In this document: positions 13,035 to 24,396 of the stretch, piece after piece
Layout: every line of letters starts with the position of its first letter
Position numbering within the stretch: the first letter of the stretch is position 1
NCBI RefSeq assembly: GCF_004010195.1
Contig: NC_057719.1
Location: 58,725,869 to 58,789,868, forward strand
DNA from: Chiloscyllium plagiosum
Lineage: Eukaryota
Length of the DNA stretch: 64,000 nt
Direction: 5' to 3'
Program-made: the position numbers and the translations under genes
The notes under the pieces: generated by a model
The model's database searches: none
Told to the model about the DNA's origin: nothing
The model's input: only the letters and a program-made list of their open reading frames with translations

Positions 13035-13745
13035 TGCTGAAAGGAAACTTTTTGCCAAAGCTTTTTATCTTGCATTCATCAGAACAATTCTCAAGAATAC
13101 CAGTTTAAAGAGAAAACCAAAACCAACATTTCTACTGCATAAGAGAAGAGTGCTAACTTCTGGACAAGCAAATTCTGATTGTTAGGGAAATTTGCCAAGG
13201 AAAATGCACCCATTAAAGATGACTGACAGTTAACTGCCAACGAGCACTGTTTAAATTTTAGATCAGACAGAGTTGTCCTGAGAAATGAAACAAAAATGGC
13301 TGCCACTTGTTTTGTTGAGTTGAAACTGGGGCAATGCATGTACTTTTACTTCTGTCTGATGAGAACAAGTCCCTGTGCATTAATAACTGTAACTTCCAGG
13401 ATGTGCAAGTATGCCACAGTACAAGCCCAAGTGAAAATGCTAATTTGGCTTACCAGTATAATTCTTCATGCACTTAACTATCTGGAAAATGTTGCCCAAT
13501 TATATGCCTGGTTTAAAATTTAACAAGCCTGGGATTTAACTGGCAGTCATCATTAATTGATGCATTCTCAATGGTGATTCTCCCATTAATCAGAGTTCAC
13601 TTATCAACCAATTAGCATGATCCTCTTGTGCAATACCCAATTTTGGTTTTTCTTTGAATTGATACCCTTCTGAATTATCCTGAACATTGCAGGATGGAAA
13701 GCTTCAATAGAATGTATTTTATTTCAGCAATACCCAAGTGTTCTA
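13035..13745. mobile_element. Old fold-back element with inverted arms, probably PLE-derived
   Basis: About 13035-13265 is an imperfect reverse complement of about 13505-13745 (e.g. attaaagatgactgacagttaa / ttaactggcagtcatcattaat). Decayed CTGATGA..AAAGCTT motif near each outer end. Confidence 0.55.
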
Positions 13746-15756
13746 CAACCAATCATTCGACATAGTTGATGATAATGAACGAATTTGGTGTACTAATTTC
13801 AAATCTACTGGCCAATAGCTCCTTAACACAACCAAAGTTTTCAGTCCAAGTTTATACTTCACAGCATATTCTCAGCAAATATGCTGGCTTGAATTTTACT
13901 CCCCTCCTAAATGCCTATCAGCATTTCAAAATTCTTTTCCTTCCCTTGCATGGTGAATCTTCCAGTATCATTTTAAACAAATTCCTCCTCACTTAATTAA
14001 CTTTCAGCAGCAAGCCACCAATTGGTGATTCTTGGTCTTCAACTGACCACAACAAGCTCTGTGCCTTTCAATAGGGATTCCATCTTAGCAGCACTGTTTG
14101 ATGATTAACCTAAAAGTAAATCTTTGCATTTGCCTGACACAGCATTACCTGTTTTTGGTCCGACTGTCCCTGAGAGTCTGTCGGCCTGAGAGTAGCAAGA
14201 AAATCTCCCTACTCTTTTGTGTTCACATATGAAAGCTTGCACCTGACTATCAATGGGGCTTGACCTGAACCCCTGTCCTCCGGGCAACTAGGTCACCAGG
14301 ACAAGTTAATTTACAAGTTAACTCCATACTCAGTACCAAGACATTCTGTTTAATCTTGGATTCTAAAAGCTTAATACACAGCTGTTGCATGAGGTCTGGC
14401 AGTCTTAATGTATTTGTAATTTTAGAATCCATTCAAATCTAATCAAAAAATTAATAGCATATACTTGCAATCCACTGGTTTCACTAAAGATACTTGTATC
14501 ATGTTAGAGTGGCATCAGTGACCAACTGGTGTTTCAGCTGCAATTTACAATCTAATAAAATGATTAAATCCACACAACTAATGACACACAAGCCCATCTT
14601 TTCAAAAGCCTAGAAAGCAAAGGTATGAGGTATGGAAAATGAATATTTCTTTATTCTGGTCGTCCAGTTGGTAACATTACAAGTTGAAGACTGAAACTCA
14701 GTGATTACAGGTCTCTACTTAAGTTCTGGTTTCCTGGAGACATGCTATCAAAGTAAAAGTGCCTTCATTTAAAACGGATGATTGTATCTTTTTGAGTTAG
14801 AGGATGGTGGAGCTATTTTTCAAGTCCTGACATTTAAATACTGACTGGTACAGTATTGCTCCAAAACATTAAGTCCATAGCAAACTGCCCACTTTGGCAC
14901 AATGTTATGCCAACATAAAATCTCAATTTTACTGAAGGCAGAAAACTCTGGACACAATGACAAATAGTACAACATCAAATAGGGTAGAAAATAAAGTAGA
15001 GCAGAATTTTCCCAATTCTTGATTGACATGAGCAATAGTGAGAGAGTTGGGAAAATATATCAAGAATGAAAAAAATGAGTGTAAAATGAGAGTAAAAAGA
15101 AGTCTGATTTTCCACATAAGCTTTCAACAGCTAGATGAGAATCTCACTAGTGAGCAAGCATTACTACCTCATTGACAGCTAATCTCCTCACTTTATGCAA
15201 TTTGCTATTTTCCCAGACAGTGGAGAGCAACTGGATGGCTCCAATTTATGATACAAAAGTCAGAGTGGCTACCTGGTGGTAGCAGCTCACTATCATCTTC
15301 TCCAGGCAATTGCCTTGGCGAGCATTCCCCAATATCTGAAAACACATTTTATGGGCTGGGACTGCACACACCCCCATCCACAGAGGTTGGCATCGACAAA
15401 GCACAATACTCAACACATCATAGCACATCTCAGACTCACTTTTAATACAGTTCACCATTTCAGTATGGCACTTTGGAGCTCACTGACACCTCACGCTGCA
15501 ATGCAGCTGCCACATCACTTTGTGCACTGGGACACACATCCATCTCATACATCAGAACAAGTTTTATCTTGGGAGCTTAGCTTGGGGTCCTAATGCTCAT
15601 TCACATTGCACTTCTGGATGATCACAGCATCACTGCTTTTGCTTTCAATGCAGACACAATATGGGCTGTCTATATGGGGGAGATAGAATGCAGATGGGTG
15701 ACTGCTTTGCAGAGCCCCCTACATCTGTTCGCAAAAATAATCTGGAGTTTTGAATT

Positions 15757-16257
15757 AGGTGAAAGTGAGGACTGCATATGCTGGAGATCAGTGTCTAGAT
15801 TAGAGTGGTGTTGGAAAAGCACAGCCAGTCAGGCAGTATCCGAGGAGCAGGAATATCGACGTTTCGGGCAAAAGCCCTTCATCAGGAATGAGGCAGGGAG
15901 CCTCTGGGATGGAGAGATAAATGGGAGGGGGATAGGGCTGGGGAGAAGGTAGTCAAGAGTACAATAGGTGGTTGGAAGTGGGGTTGAAGGTGATAGGTCG
16001 GAGAGGAGGGTGGAGGGGATAGGTGGGAAGGAAGATTGGCAGGTAGGACAGGTCATGAGGATGGTGCTGAGCTGACAGGTTGGAACTAGGGTAAGATGGG
16101 GGAAGAGGAAATGAGGAAACTGGTGAAGTCCACATTGATGCCCTGGAGTTAAAATGTTCTGAGGCAGAAGATGAGGTGTTCATCCTGCTCCTTGGATGCT
16201 GCCTGATCTGCTGTGCTGATCACACCACTCTAACTAGCACCACTCTAATCTAGACTT
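15757..16257 (-). mobile_element. PLE 3' fragment with inverted terminal arm and perfect 14-bp TSD
   Basis: TGGAGTTTTGAATT at 15743-15756 and 16258-16271. 15793-15852 is inverted relative to 16183-16255. The minus strand encodes EHLIFCLRTF*LQGINVDF, resembling the PLE endonuclease C-terminus. Confidence 0.8.
15856..15887 (-). ncRNA. Minimal hammerhead ribozyme motif (GUC site)
   Basis: Minus strand: UC-CUGAUGA-A-GGGC-UUUU-GCCC-GAA-ACGU-C-GA. Palindromic ACGU stem III; stem I only about 2 bp. Confidence 0.65.
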
Positions 16258-16279
16258 TGGAGTTTTGAATTGCCTACCA

Positions 16280-16725
16280 CTTCAACACCTCACCATGTTT
16301 CCATCTCAGGTTTCTTGCAGTACTCCAGTGATGTTCAGCATATCTCATTTTCTGCTTCGTACCCTGAAGCCTTCAGGACTCAATATCGAGTTCAATAATT
16401 TAAAAAACCTGAATACCTTCATCTATGTCCTTTATCCATCCCCCACACCTCAGACCCAGTCATGACATAGAACATAGAACATTACAGCACAGTACAGGCC
16501 CTTCGGTCCTCAATGTTGTGCCACCCTGTGAAACAATCTGAAGCCCATCTAACCTACATTATTCCGTTCTCGTCCATATGCCTATCCAGTGACCATTTAA
16601 ATGCTGGGCTGCTTTCAGCACAGCCAACCGATTTTCACCTACTTATGGTCCCTCTTAGCAGCTTTTCTTTCTCTCTGGGCTCTGTCTCCACCTATCCACT
16701 TGTTCACGCGCAAGTGCACACACAA

Positions 16726-16808
<83 letters not shown>

Positions 16809-16990
16809 ATGCATACATGCATACCCCGTATTCAGCATATATACCACCTTTTCCTTGCAGCTATCGGTTCTAAAGATGGGTCACTGGACTCAAAACTCCA
16901 CTTTCTCTCAACAGACTCTGCCAGACCTGCTGAATTTCTCCAGCAATTTCTGTTTTTGTTTCAGATTTCCAGCATCTGCAGTTCTTTTTT
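16280..16990 (+). mobile_element. Older PLE 3' fragment interrupted by a CR1 tail (16465-16605, minus) and a (CA)n repeat
   Basis: 'LRTLKPSGLNIEFNN' resembles the PLE endonuclease C-terminus. Terminal repeat 'ttctaaagatgggtcactggactcaaaac..ctgccagacctgctga..ccagcatctgcag'. Confidence 0.6.
16729..16808. repeat. (CA)n microsatellite
   Basis: About 40 CA units with one interruption. Confidence 0.97.
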
Positions 16991-17810
16991 GTAATAAAAA
17001 CCTTGTCATGTTACATAATGACATGCTACATAAATGCAACACCTACAGCATCTGCCAATAGCTAATGCAGTAAACACTGAATGTGCTTCAACCTGATGGC
17101 CATGGCTCAAATAAAAAGGGCAATAATCCTTAATCTAGTCGACAGAAGTTCAGCTGGGTATAGCAGGACAGAGTTAGATCTCAGTCCAGGAGCTTGGACA
17201 TGGCAGTCAGTTGACATAGTCAGTTGAATGATCAGGGTCAAAGCTTCTACCTTATTCAGTCCAATATGTGGGCTGCACTCACTCCTTCAGGTGGAGTCTA
17301 ACTAGTCCAGTCAGTGCAGAGATTAGCTTTAAATCAGTTTTAAAGCTGAAAAAAAACTGTCGCGATCATCAATAAGATCGTTCCAAGACAATCAGGGAAT
17401 GGGCCAAACACAGTCTTGAGAGTCAAGGGAGGATAAGAGGGTGTTAGTGATGGGAAGGGGGAGTTGGGATAATTGTGTGAATTTTAGAACATAGAAATAT
17501 GGGACTATTACAAAATGGACAGTCTACATCTGAACCAGACTGGAACCAATGTCCTTGGGGGAGATTTTGCTACTGCTGTTGGGGAGGTTTTAAACTAATG
17601 TGGCAGGGGTCTGGGAACCAAAAGAGAAAACAAGTAGGCAGCGAGGTGGACATTGGAGACTGTAAGAATCATGAAGATAGCATTAATAAAGGAAAGAGAG
17701 CAGATGAGCGCAAAAGAACTGGTGGCCTGAAATGCATCTACTTTAATGCAAGGATTATAGTGTGTAAGGCAGATGAATTTAGGGCTTGGATTGATGCCTG
17801 GGAGTATGAC

Positions 17811-18349
17811 CTTGGGTTCATGTCACATTACAGGTGATCACCATTGCACTACACACACACACAGATATTCCTACACACACACACACTCTCACATACACAT
17901 GGACACAGGTACACACAGATGTGCACACAGACACCCACACACACCCTTATAGACACACACACTCCCACTCGGTCGTAACACAGAATTTATAGCAAAAATT
18001 TGCAGTGTGATGTAACTGAAATTATACATTGAAGAATTGATTGTCTGTTAAGCCTTTCATCTGTTAGAATACAGCTAACCCGAGAATGCAACTTTTTAAA
18101 AAAAGGGTTTTGTGGTTTACATATGAAAGAAGTGAAACTATCACTGTATTATAATAGATGAAAAGCTTAACAGACAATCAATTCTTCAATGTATAATTTC
18201 AGTTACATCACACTGCAAATTTTTGCTATAAATTCTGTGTTACGATCGAGCCCTCCACAATCACCTGATGAAGGAGCGTCGCTCCGAAAGCTGGTGTGCT
18301 TCCAATTAAACCTGTTGGACTATAACCTGGTGTTGTGTGATTTTTAACT
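17811..18349 (+). mobile_element. PLE-derived insertion nested in CR1, with 102-bp inverted arms
   Basis: TSD TGGGAGT(A/G)TGAC at 17799-17810 and 18350-18361. Arms 17973-18074 and 18144-18245. CR1 reading resumes exactly after the insert. Confidence 0.85.
18262..18296 (+). ncRNA. Hammerhead ribozyme motif with G at the cleavage position (likely impaired)
   Basis: CAC-CTGATGA-A-GGAGC-GTC-GCTCC-GAA-AGCT-G-GTG; identical to 10092-10126 except A>G at 18293. Confidence 0.65.
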
Positions 18350-21057
18350 TGGGAGTGTGACGTTATTGCAATCACAGAGACTTGGTTGAAGGAAGGGCAC
18401 AATGATTGGCAACTAAATGTTATAGGATATAGACGCTTCAGACAGGACAGGGTGGGAAGTAAAAGAGGGGGTGGAGTTGCATTGCTGGTCAGGGAAGATA
18501 TCACAGCTGTGCTAAAGGAGAACACTATGGAGGTCTTGGGTAGTGAGGCATTATGGGTGGAGCTGAGAAATAAATAGGTGTAGTTACATTGTTGGGACTG
18601 TATTACAGGCTTCCCAACAGTGAGCATGAGGTAGAGAACAAATAGGTAAATAGATTATGGAAAGATGTAGAGGCAATAGAGTAGTGGTGATGGGAAATTT
18701 TAATTTTCCCAACATTGACTGGGATACACAGTGTCAGAGGTCTGGATGGGGTAGAATTTGTAAGAAGCATCCAGGAGAGTTTTCTAGAGCAGTATGTCAA
18801 TAGTCCGACGAGGGAAGGGGCCATATTGGACCTGGTACTGGTGAATGAGCCAGGACAGGTGATAGAAGTTGCGGTGGGGGATTTCTTTTGGAACAGTGAC
18901 CATGATTCTTTAAGTTTTAGAATACTCGTAGATAAAGAAAAGAGTGGTCCTAAGGGAAGAGTACTAAACTGGGCCAAGGCTAATTACATCAAAATTAGGC
19001 AGGAGCTCGGAAATGTGGATTGGACACAGCTATTTGAAGGGAAGTCCACATTTAAGATGTGGGAGGCTTTCAAAGATAGATTAAAGATAGTGCAGGATAG
19101 ACATGTACCATTGAAGGCAAATAATAGGAAGGGCAAGATTCGTGAACTGTGGGTGACAGGAGAAATTGTACGACTAGCCAAGAGGAAAACGGAAGCGTAC
19201 ATAAGGTCTAGGCAGCTAAGAACAGAGCAGGCCCTGGAGGAATTTCGGAAGAGTAGGACAAGTCTTAAACGAGGAATCAAGGGGCTAAAAGGGGTCATGA
19301 ATCCCAAAGCGTTTTATTTTTATATAAGAAGCAAGCGGGTAACTAGAGAAAGGATTAGTCCACTAAAGGATAATGAAGGAAGGCTGTGTGTCGAACCTGA
19401 GAGAATGGGTGAGATTCTGAATGATTACTTTGCATCAGTGTTCACTGAGGAGAGGAACATGATGAATCTTGAGATTAGAGATAGAAGTTTGATTAGTTTG
19501 GATCACGTTGACGTAAGTAGGGAAGATGTGTTGGGTAGGCTAGAAGTTATTAAAGTGGACAAATCCCCAGGACCGGATGGGATCTATCCCAAGTTGCTGA
19601 GGGAGGCGAGAGAGGAAATAGCTGGAGTTCTGATAGATGTCTTTGTGGCATCCTTAAATACAGGTGAGGTGCCGGAGGACTGGAAGGTTGCTCATGTTGT
19701 CCCCCTGTAAAAGAAGGATAGTAGAATATACCGGGTAACTACAGACCAGTGAGCCTGACGTCAGTGGTGGGAAAGTTGCTGGAGAGAGTACTGAGGGATT
19801 TGGATCTATTTATATTTAGAAAAGAATGGGCTTATCAGTGATAGGCAACATGGTTTTGTGTGGTGGAGATTGTGCCTTACCAACTTAGTGTTCTTTGAGG
19901 AAGTGACCAAGTTGATAGATGAAGGAAGGGCTGTTGATGTCATATACACGGACTTTAGTAAGGAGAAAGTGAAGTCACATGGTGTGCAGGGTGTTCTAGC
20001 AAGGTGGATAAAGAACTGGTTGAGCAACAGGAAACAGAGAGAAGTAGTTGAAGAGAGTTTTTCGAAATGGAGAAAGGTGACCAGTGGTGTTCCACAGGGG
20101 TCAGTGTTGGGGCCACTGTTGTTTGTAATATACATAAATGAACAGGAAGAGGGCACAGTTGGTATGATCAGCAAGTTTGCAGATGACACGAAGATTGGTG
20201 GAGTAGCAGAAAGCATAAGGGACTGTCAGAGAATACAGGAGGATATAGATAGACTGGTGGGTTGGGTGGAAAAGTGGCAGATGGATTTTAATCCAGACAA
20301 ATGTGAGGTGATGCATTTAGGCAAGACTAATTCTAGAGAGAATTATACAATGAATGGAAGAACCTTGGGAAAAGAGAGATCTGGGAGTACAGATCCATTG
20401 TACCCTGAAGGTTGCTGCACAGGTGGATAGAGTGGTCAAGAAGGCATATAGTATGCTTGCCTTCATTGGATGCGGTATTGAGTATAAGAGCAGGCATGTC
20501 ATGTTAAAATTATACAAGACATTGGTTCGGCCGCATTTAGAATACTGTGTACAGTTCTGGTCACCACATTACCAAAAGGAGAGGGTGCAGAGAAGGTTTA
20601 CGAGGATGTTGCCTGGTATGGAAGATGCTAGCTATGAAGAGAGGTTGAGTCGGTTGGGTTTATTTTCATTAGAAAAAAGGAGATTGAGGGTGGACCTGAT
20701 TGAGGTTTACAAAATCATGAAAAGTATAGACAGGGTGGATAGAGACAAGCTTTTCCCAGGGTGAAGGATTCAATAACGAGAGGTCACGCTTTCAAGATGA
20801 GAGGTAGAAAGTTTAAGTGGGATACACGTGCAAGTATTTCACACAGAGGGTGGTGGGCGTTTGGAACGCGTTGCCAGCAGAGGTGGTAGAGGCAGGCACA
20901 GTAGATTCATTTAAGATGCGTCTGGACAGATGTATGAGTAGGTAGGGAGCAGAGGGATACAGATGCTTAGGAATTGACCAACAGGTTTAGACAGTACATT
21001 TGGATCGACTCAGGCTTGGAGAGCCGGGGCTGTTAATTTTCTTTGTTCTTTGTTCTG

Positions 21058-21288
21058 GAATATTACAACGGAGTACAGACCGTTCAACCCTCGATGTTGC
21101 GCCAACCTGTAGAATCAATCTGAAGCCCATCTATCCTACACTATTTCATTTTTATCCATATGTTTATCCAATGACCATTTAAATGCCCTTAAGTTTGGCA
21201 AGTCTACCACTGTTGCAGGCAGTGTGTTCCATGCCCCTACTACTCTCTGAGTAAAGAAACTACCTCTGACATCTGTCCTATATCTTTT
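21058..21288 (-). mobile_element. CR1 3' tail, tail-to-tail with the long CR1
   Basis: Minus ORF RYRTDVRGSFFTQRVVGAWNTLP. Confidence 0.85.
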
Positions 21289-22509
21289 GAATGTAGTATG
21301 TGGGCTACAGTGGGGCAATAACTAAAGAGCGGTAACACTACATGTAAAGGTGGGAGTCAAGAGAGCAAAAGAGGGAGGGATGTCATCGACAGTGGCCTGG
21401 CTTCAATTGCAGTATATAATGATGTTTGATATAGCTAAACTGTAGACCTGGGGCTTGGGAAATGAAGGGTTAAATAAAAGAATTGAATGGGACCATGTGG
21501 AGGCTCAAACCTGATGGAGTTCACAGGGACAACAAGGCAGAGAGGAAATTAAAAGTGTGAGGGCAGTCCCCAAGATTAGAATGCTGAGGCTGCATCTTAT
21601 TCTCAGGAGTGCTAACTATGTTGCATTCATCCACGTCCAAATTACGAATGGTCAATGAAAATTAAAAATGGCTACCAACACACCAAGAATTGAAAGAGTA
21701 ATTTCTTTTCATCTGAGGTAGTGGACTCTACTTGTGAGAAATTTGAGGCCTCTAAAGAGGCATTAATCAGGCACTTGTACGGTACAGGTTAAAGGCATCT
21801 TTAATCACAAAGTTCTGCATTTGTACCTCAAGCAGTGATCAAGTATTTTGATGACACATTCTAAGGACAAGCAATCTTGACCGTGACATTGATCACCACA
21901 AATTAATCCTACTTATCTCAGCAAAGCAGATGTAATTACAAATGACCATAAAGTATCATCTGTGGTCCACAATTCACAAATTCATTCCAAGATCTCATAG
22001 CTGCACAATAGCCTAGGTCTGCTTTCCTCACACATGAACCGTAAGTATCTCAAAACACAAATATTATGCAATGGTGCTATTCTTAAATTATGTGGTTAGT
22101 GCTGGTGAGGGAAAATCTGGGGAGAAAAGAATTGATCTGACCATACTTACAATCTCTTACTGTATCTTTTCGACAGGGCTTATGCAAAATGCATCTGAGT
22201 ATAGTCTATTATGTTAAAGGTCCATGTAGATACTCTGTTGTCATCCTTATCCCAATGTATGGAGGACTATATCAACTTGTCACTTACATAAGCTGCAACT
22301 GATCATTTTACTGAGGACCTATTTTTTTTCCTGATGTTGTCCATATAAGCTCACTGGAACCATCACCATAAATTAATAAGAATGCATGCATGTGGAAGCC
22401 CAGAATCTGCAGTCAGTTCCAGTAAATGTAGAACAGTTGCAGTGCAAAGTTTCCAACAGGAAGTCCCCTCAGGAAGCTGGAGGAGTGCTGGAAGCTCACA
22501 GTTTTTTGT

Positions 22510-23955
22510 CTTTAATGGAATGACTTCCAGATGAGCAAAGTGCAGTGCCCTCATCAGATGATGTTCCAGGACACAGCCACACAACCTTGTCATCTCCTGA
22601 GCATTCCAGGTGCAGAGCACTACAGACTGTGCATACTTCATTGAGCATGCTATATCATAATGCAAACATCTTCATTTATGTGAAAAGGTTCAATTCTTTC
22701 AGTGTCCAACTCATCTGTGATCACTGTGAACACATCATTGAAATCAGCGCCAGGTATCATTGAAGTTTACATGCTGATTTTGTCCTTGATAACTTTCAGG
22801 TTCTTGTTTTATTTCAAGGACTGTATGCCTTGCAAGGATGACTGGTGAGTCATAGAGTCATAGAGATGTATAGCATGGAAACAGACCCTTCGGTCCAACT
22901 CGTCCATGCCGACCAGATATCCCAATCCAATCTAGTTCCACATGCCAGCGCCCAGCCCATATCCCTCCAAACCCTTCCTATTCATATAGCCTCCCAGATG
23001 CCTTTTAAATGTTGCAATTGTACTAGCTTCCACCACTTCCACTGGCAGCTCATTCCATACATGCACCACCCTCTGTGTGAAAAAGTTATCTCTTAGGTCT
23101 CTTTTATATCTTTTCCCTCACACCCTAAACCTATGCCTCTAGTTCTGGACTCTACCACACCAGGGAGAGTACTTTGTCTCTTTATCCTATCCATGCCCCT
23201 CATGATTTTATAAACCTCTATAAGGTCACCCCTCAGCCTCCGACACTCAAGGGAAAACAGCCCTAGCCTATTCAACCTCTCCCTACCGCTCAAATCCTCC
23301 AACCCTGGCAACATACTTGTAAATCTTTTCTGAATCCTTTCAAGTTTCACAACGTCTTTCCGATAGGAAGGAAACCAGAATTATAAGCAATATTCCAACA
23401 GTACCCTAACCAATGTCCTGAACAGCCACAACGTGACCTCCCAACTCCTGTACTCAATACTCTGGCCAATGAAGGAAAGCATACCAAGTGCCTTCTTCAC
23501 TATCCTACCTAACTGCGACTCCACTTTCTTATATGGGTTTAAAACATGCTGGAAATTAATGAAAATTATATTAAATAACCTAAAATTTAGTTTCCATGAG
23601 AGATAAGAGACAAGGGCAGTCCTCTCCACATATGGCTATTGACACTGTAAAACAAACCCCTCACTGAGCAAAGATACAATGCAACATATTTTTCCACTGA
23701 GGCATTGTGGAGCAGACAATAGCCCTGCTGAAGATGAGGTTTCCATGCTTTTAAAAGTCTGAGGATTCCTTGCAGTATTCATCAAAGTACACCACATAAT
23801 TCTTGCATGCAGTGCTCTGGACAACTGGAGCACACATTCTTCCAATCAAGAAGATGAGGATGTTGATCAGGAAGAACGTCATCTTCATCATATGGAGTGC
23901 AGAAGCGTCGGGCACAGCAATGCAGACAGGACTTATTTGATGCCCAATTACAATG
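22510..23955 (+). pseudogene. Decayed PIF/Harbinger (HARBI1-like DDE) transposase, split by a CR1 insertion
   Basis: Ordered motifs across frameshifts: FQVQSTTDCA, FIYVKRFNSFSVQLICDH..ISARYH*SLHADFVL, then the CR1, then DKGSPLHIWLLT..EQRYNA, IVEQTIALLKMRFPC, LQYS and IILACSALDN. These correspond to Harbinger GxIDCTH / NRKGxxSxNVQ / PGSxHD / GDxGYP / IExxxGxLKxRF / ACCxLHN. Confidence 0.8.
22848..23528 (-). mobile_element. CR1 LINE 3' fragment
   Basis: Minus ORFs KLERIQKRFT..RRLRGDLIEVYKI and VKKALGMLSFIGQSIEYRSWEV; (CTCTATGA)n tail. Confidence 0.92.
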
Positions 23956-24396
23956 GAACTCAGTTGATTGAAAGTATTATTCATTGACTGTAAATGTGTT
24001 AATGCTGGAAAGGCAAGAAGTTGTGGCTTAGTCCCAAATGCAAGTAAAGCATTTTTGATTTATTCTCTTTTTTAACTTCTTTTTGCAAAGCATGAAAAGC
24101 AAGCTGTTGTAAGGCTTTACATCATCTGATTCTTGCACGTTTAAACATGACAAGATGTTATGCTACAATGAATATTGGAGAAAAAATAGCAACTCCCCTA
24201 CCCCCCAACCTATTTCTACTAAATTCGGAAATATGAACATTGATATCAGACGATTTCTGAAATTCTGATGTCTGCCTCAATTTCATGCATTGTGTTTAAA
24301 ACAAATTATTTTTTAGTATAAGATACTTAGTTTTATAAAATAACCACCATCTATACAAACACAGTACTTCACATTTCTGACTAACAGGTTAAACCA

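Larger units (their letters stand above)
17500..21052 (+). mobile_element. Long CR1 LINE covering nearly all of ORF2 (APE endonuclease and RT), disrupted
   Basis: [73 protein letters not shown] and RPHLEYCVQFWSP. Contains frameshifts, stops and a nested insertion at 17811-18349. Confidence 0.95.

Noticed and set aside
15150..15720. Possible second Harbinger-like remnant on the minus strand
   Set aside because: Only vague motif resemblance; cannot be supported without a profile search.
16513..17061. 182-aa ORF with an HT repeat
   Set aside because: Produced by a (CA)n microsatellite within repeat remnants.
18715..20764. Long RT/endonuclease ORFs as a functional gene or a retron/DGR-like RT system
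   Set aside because: Frameshifted CR1 ORF2 pieces in a eukaryotic intron; no intact element.
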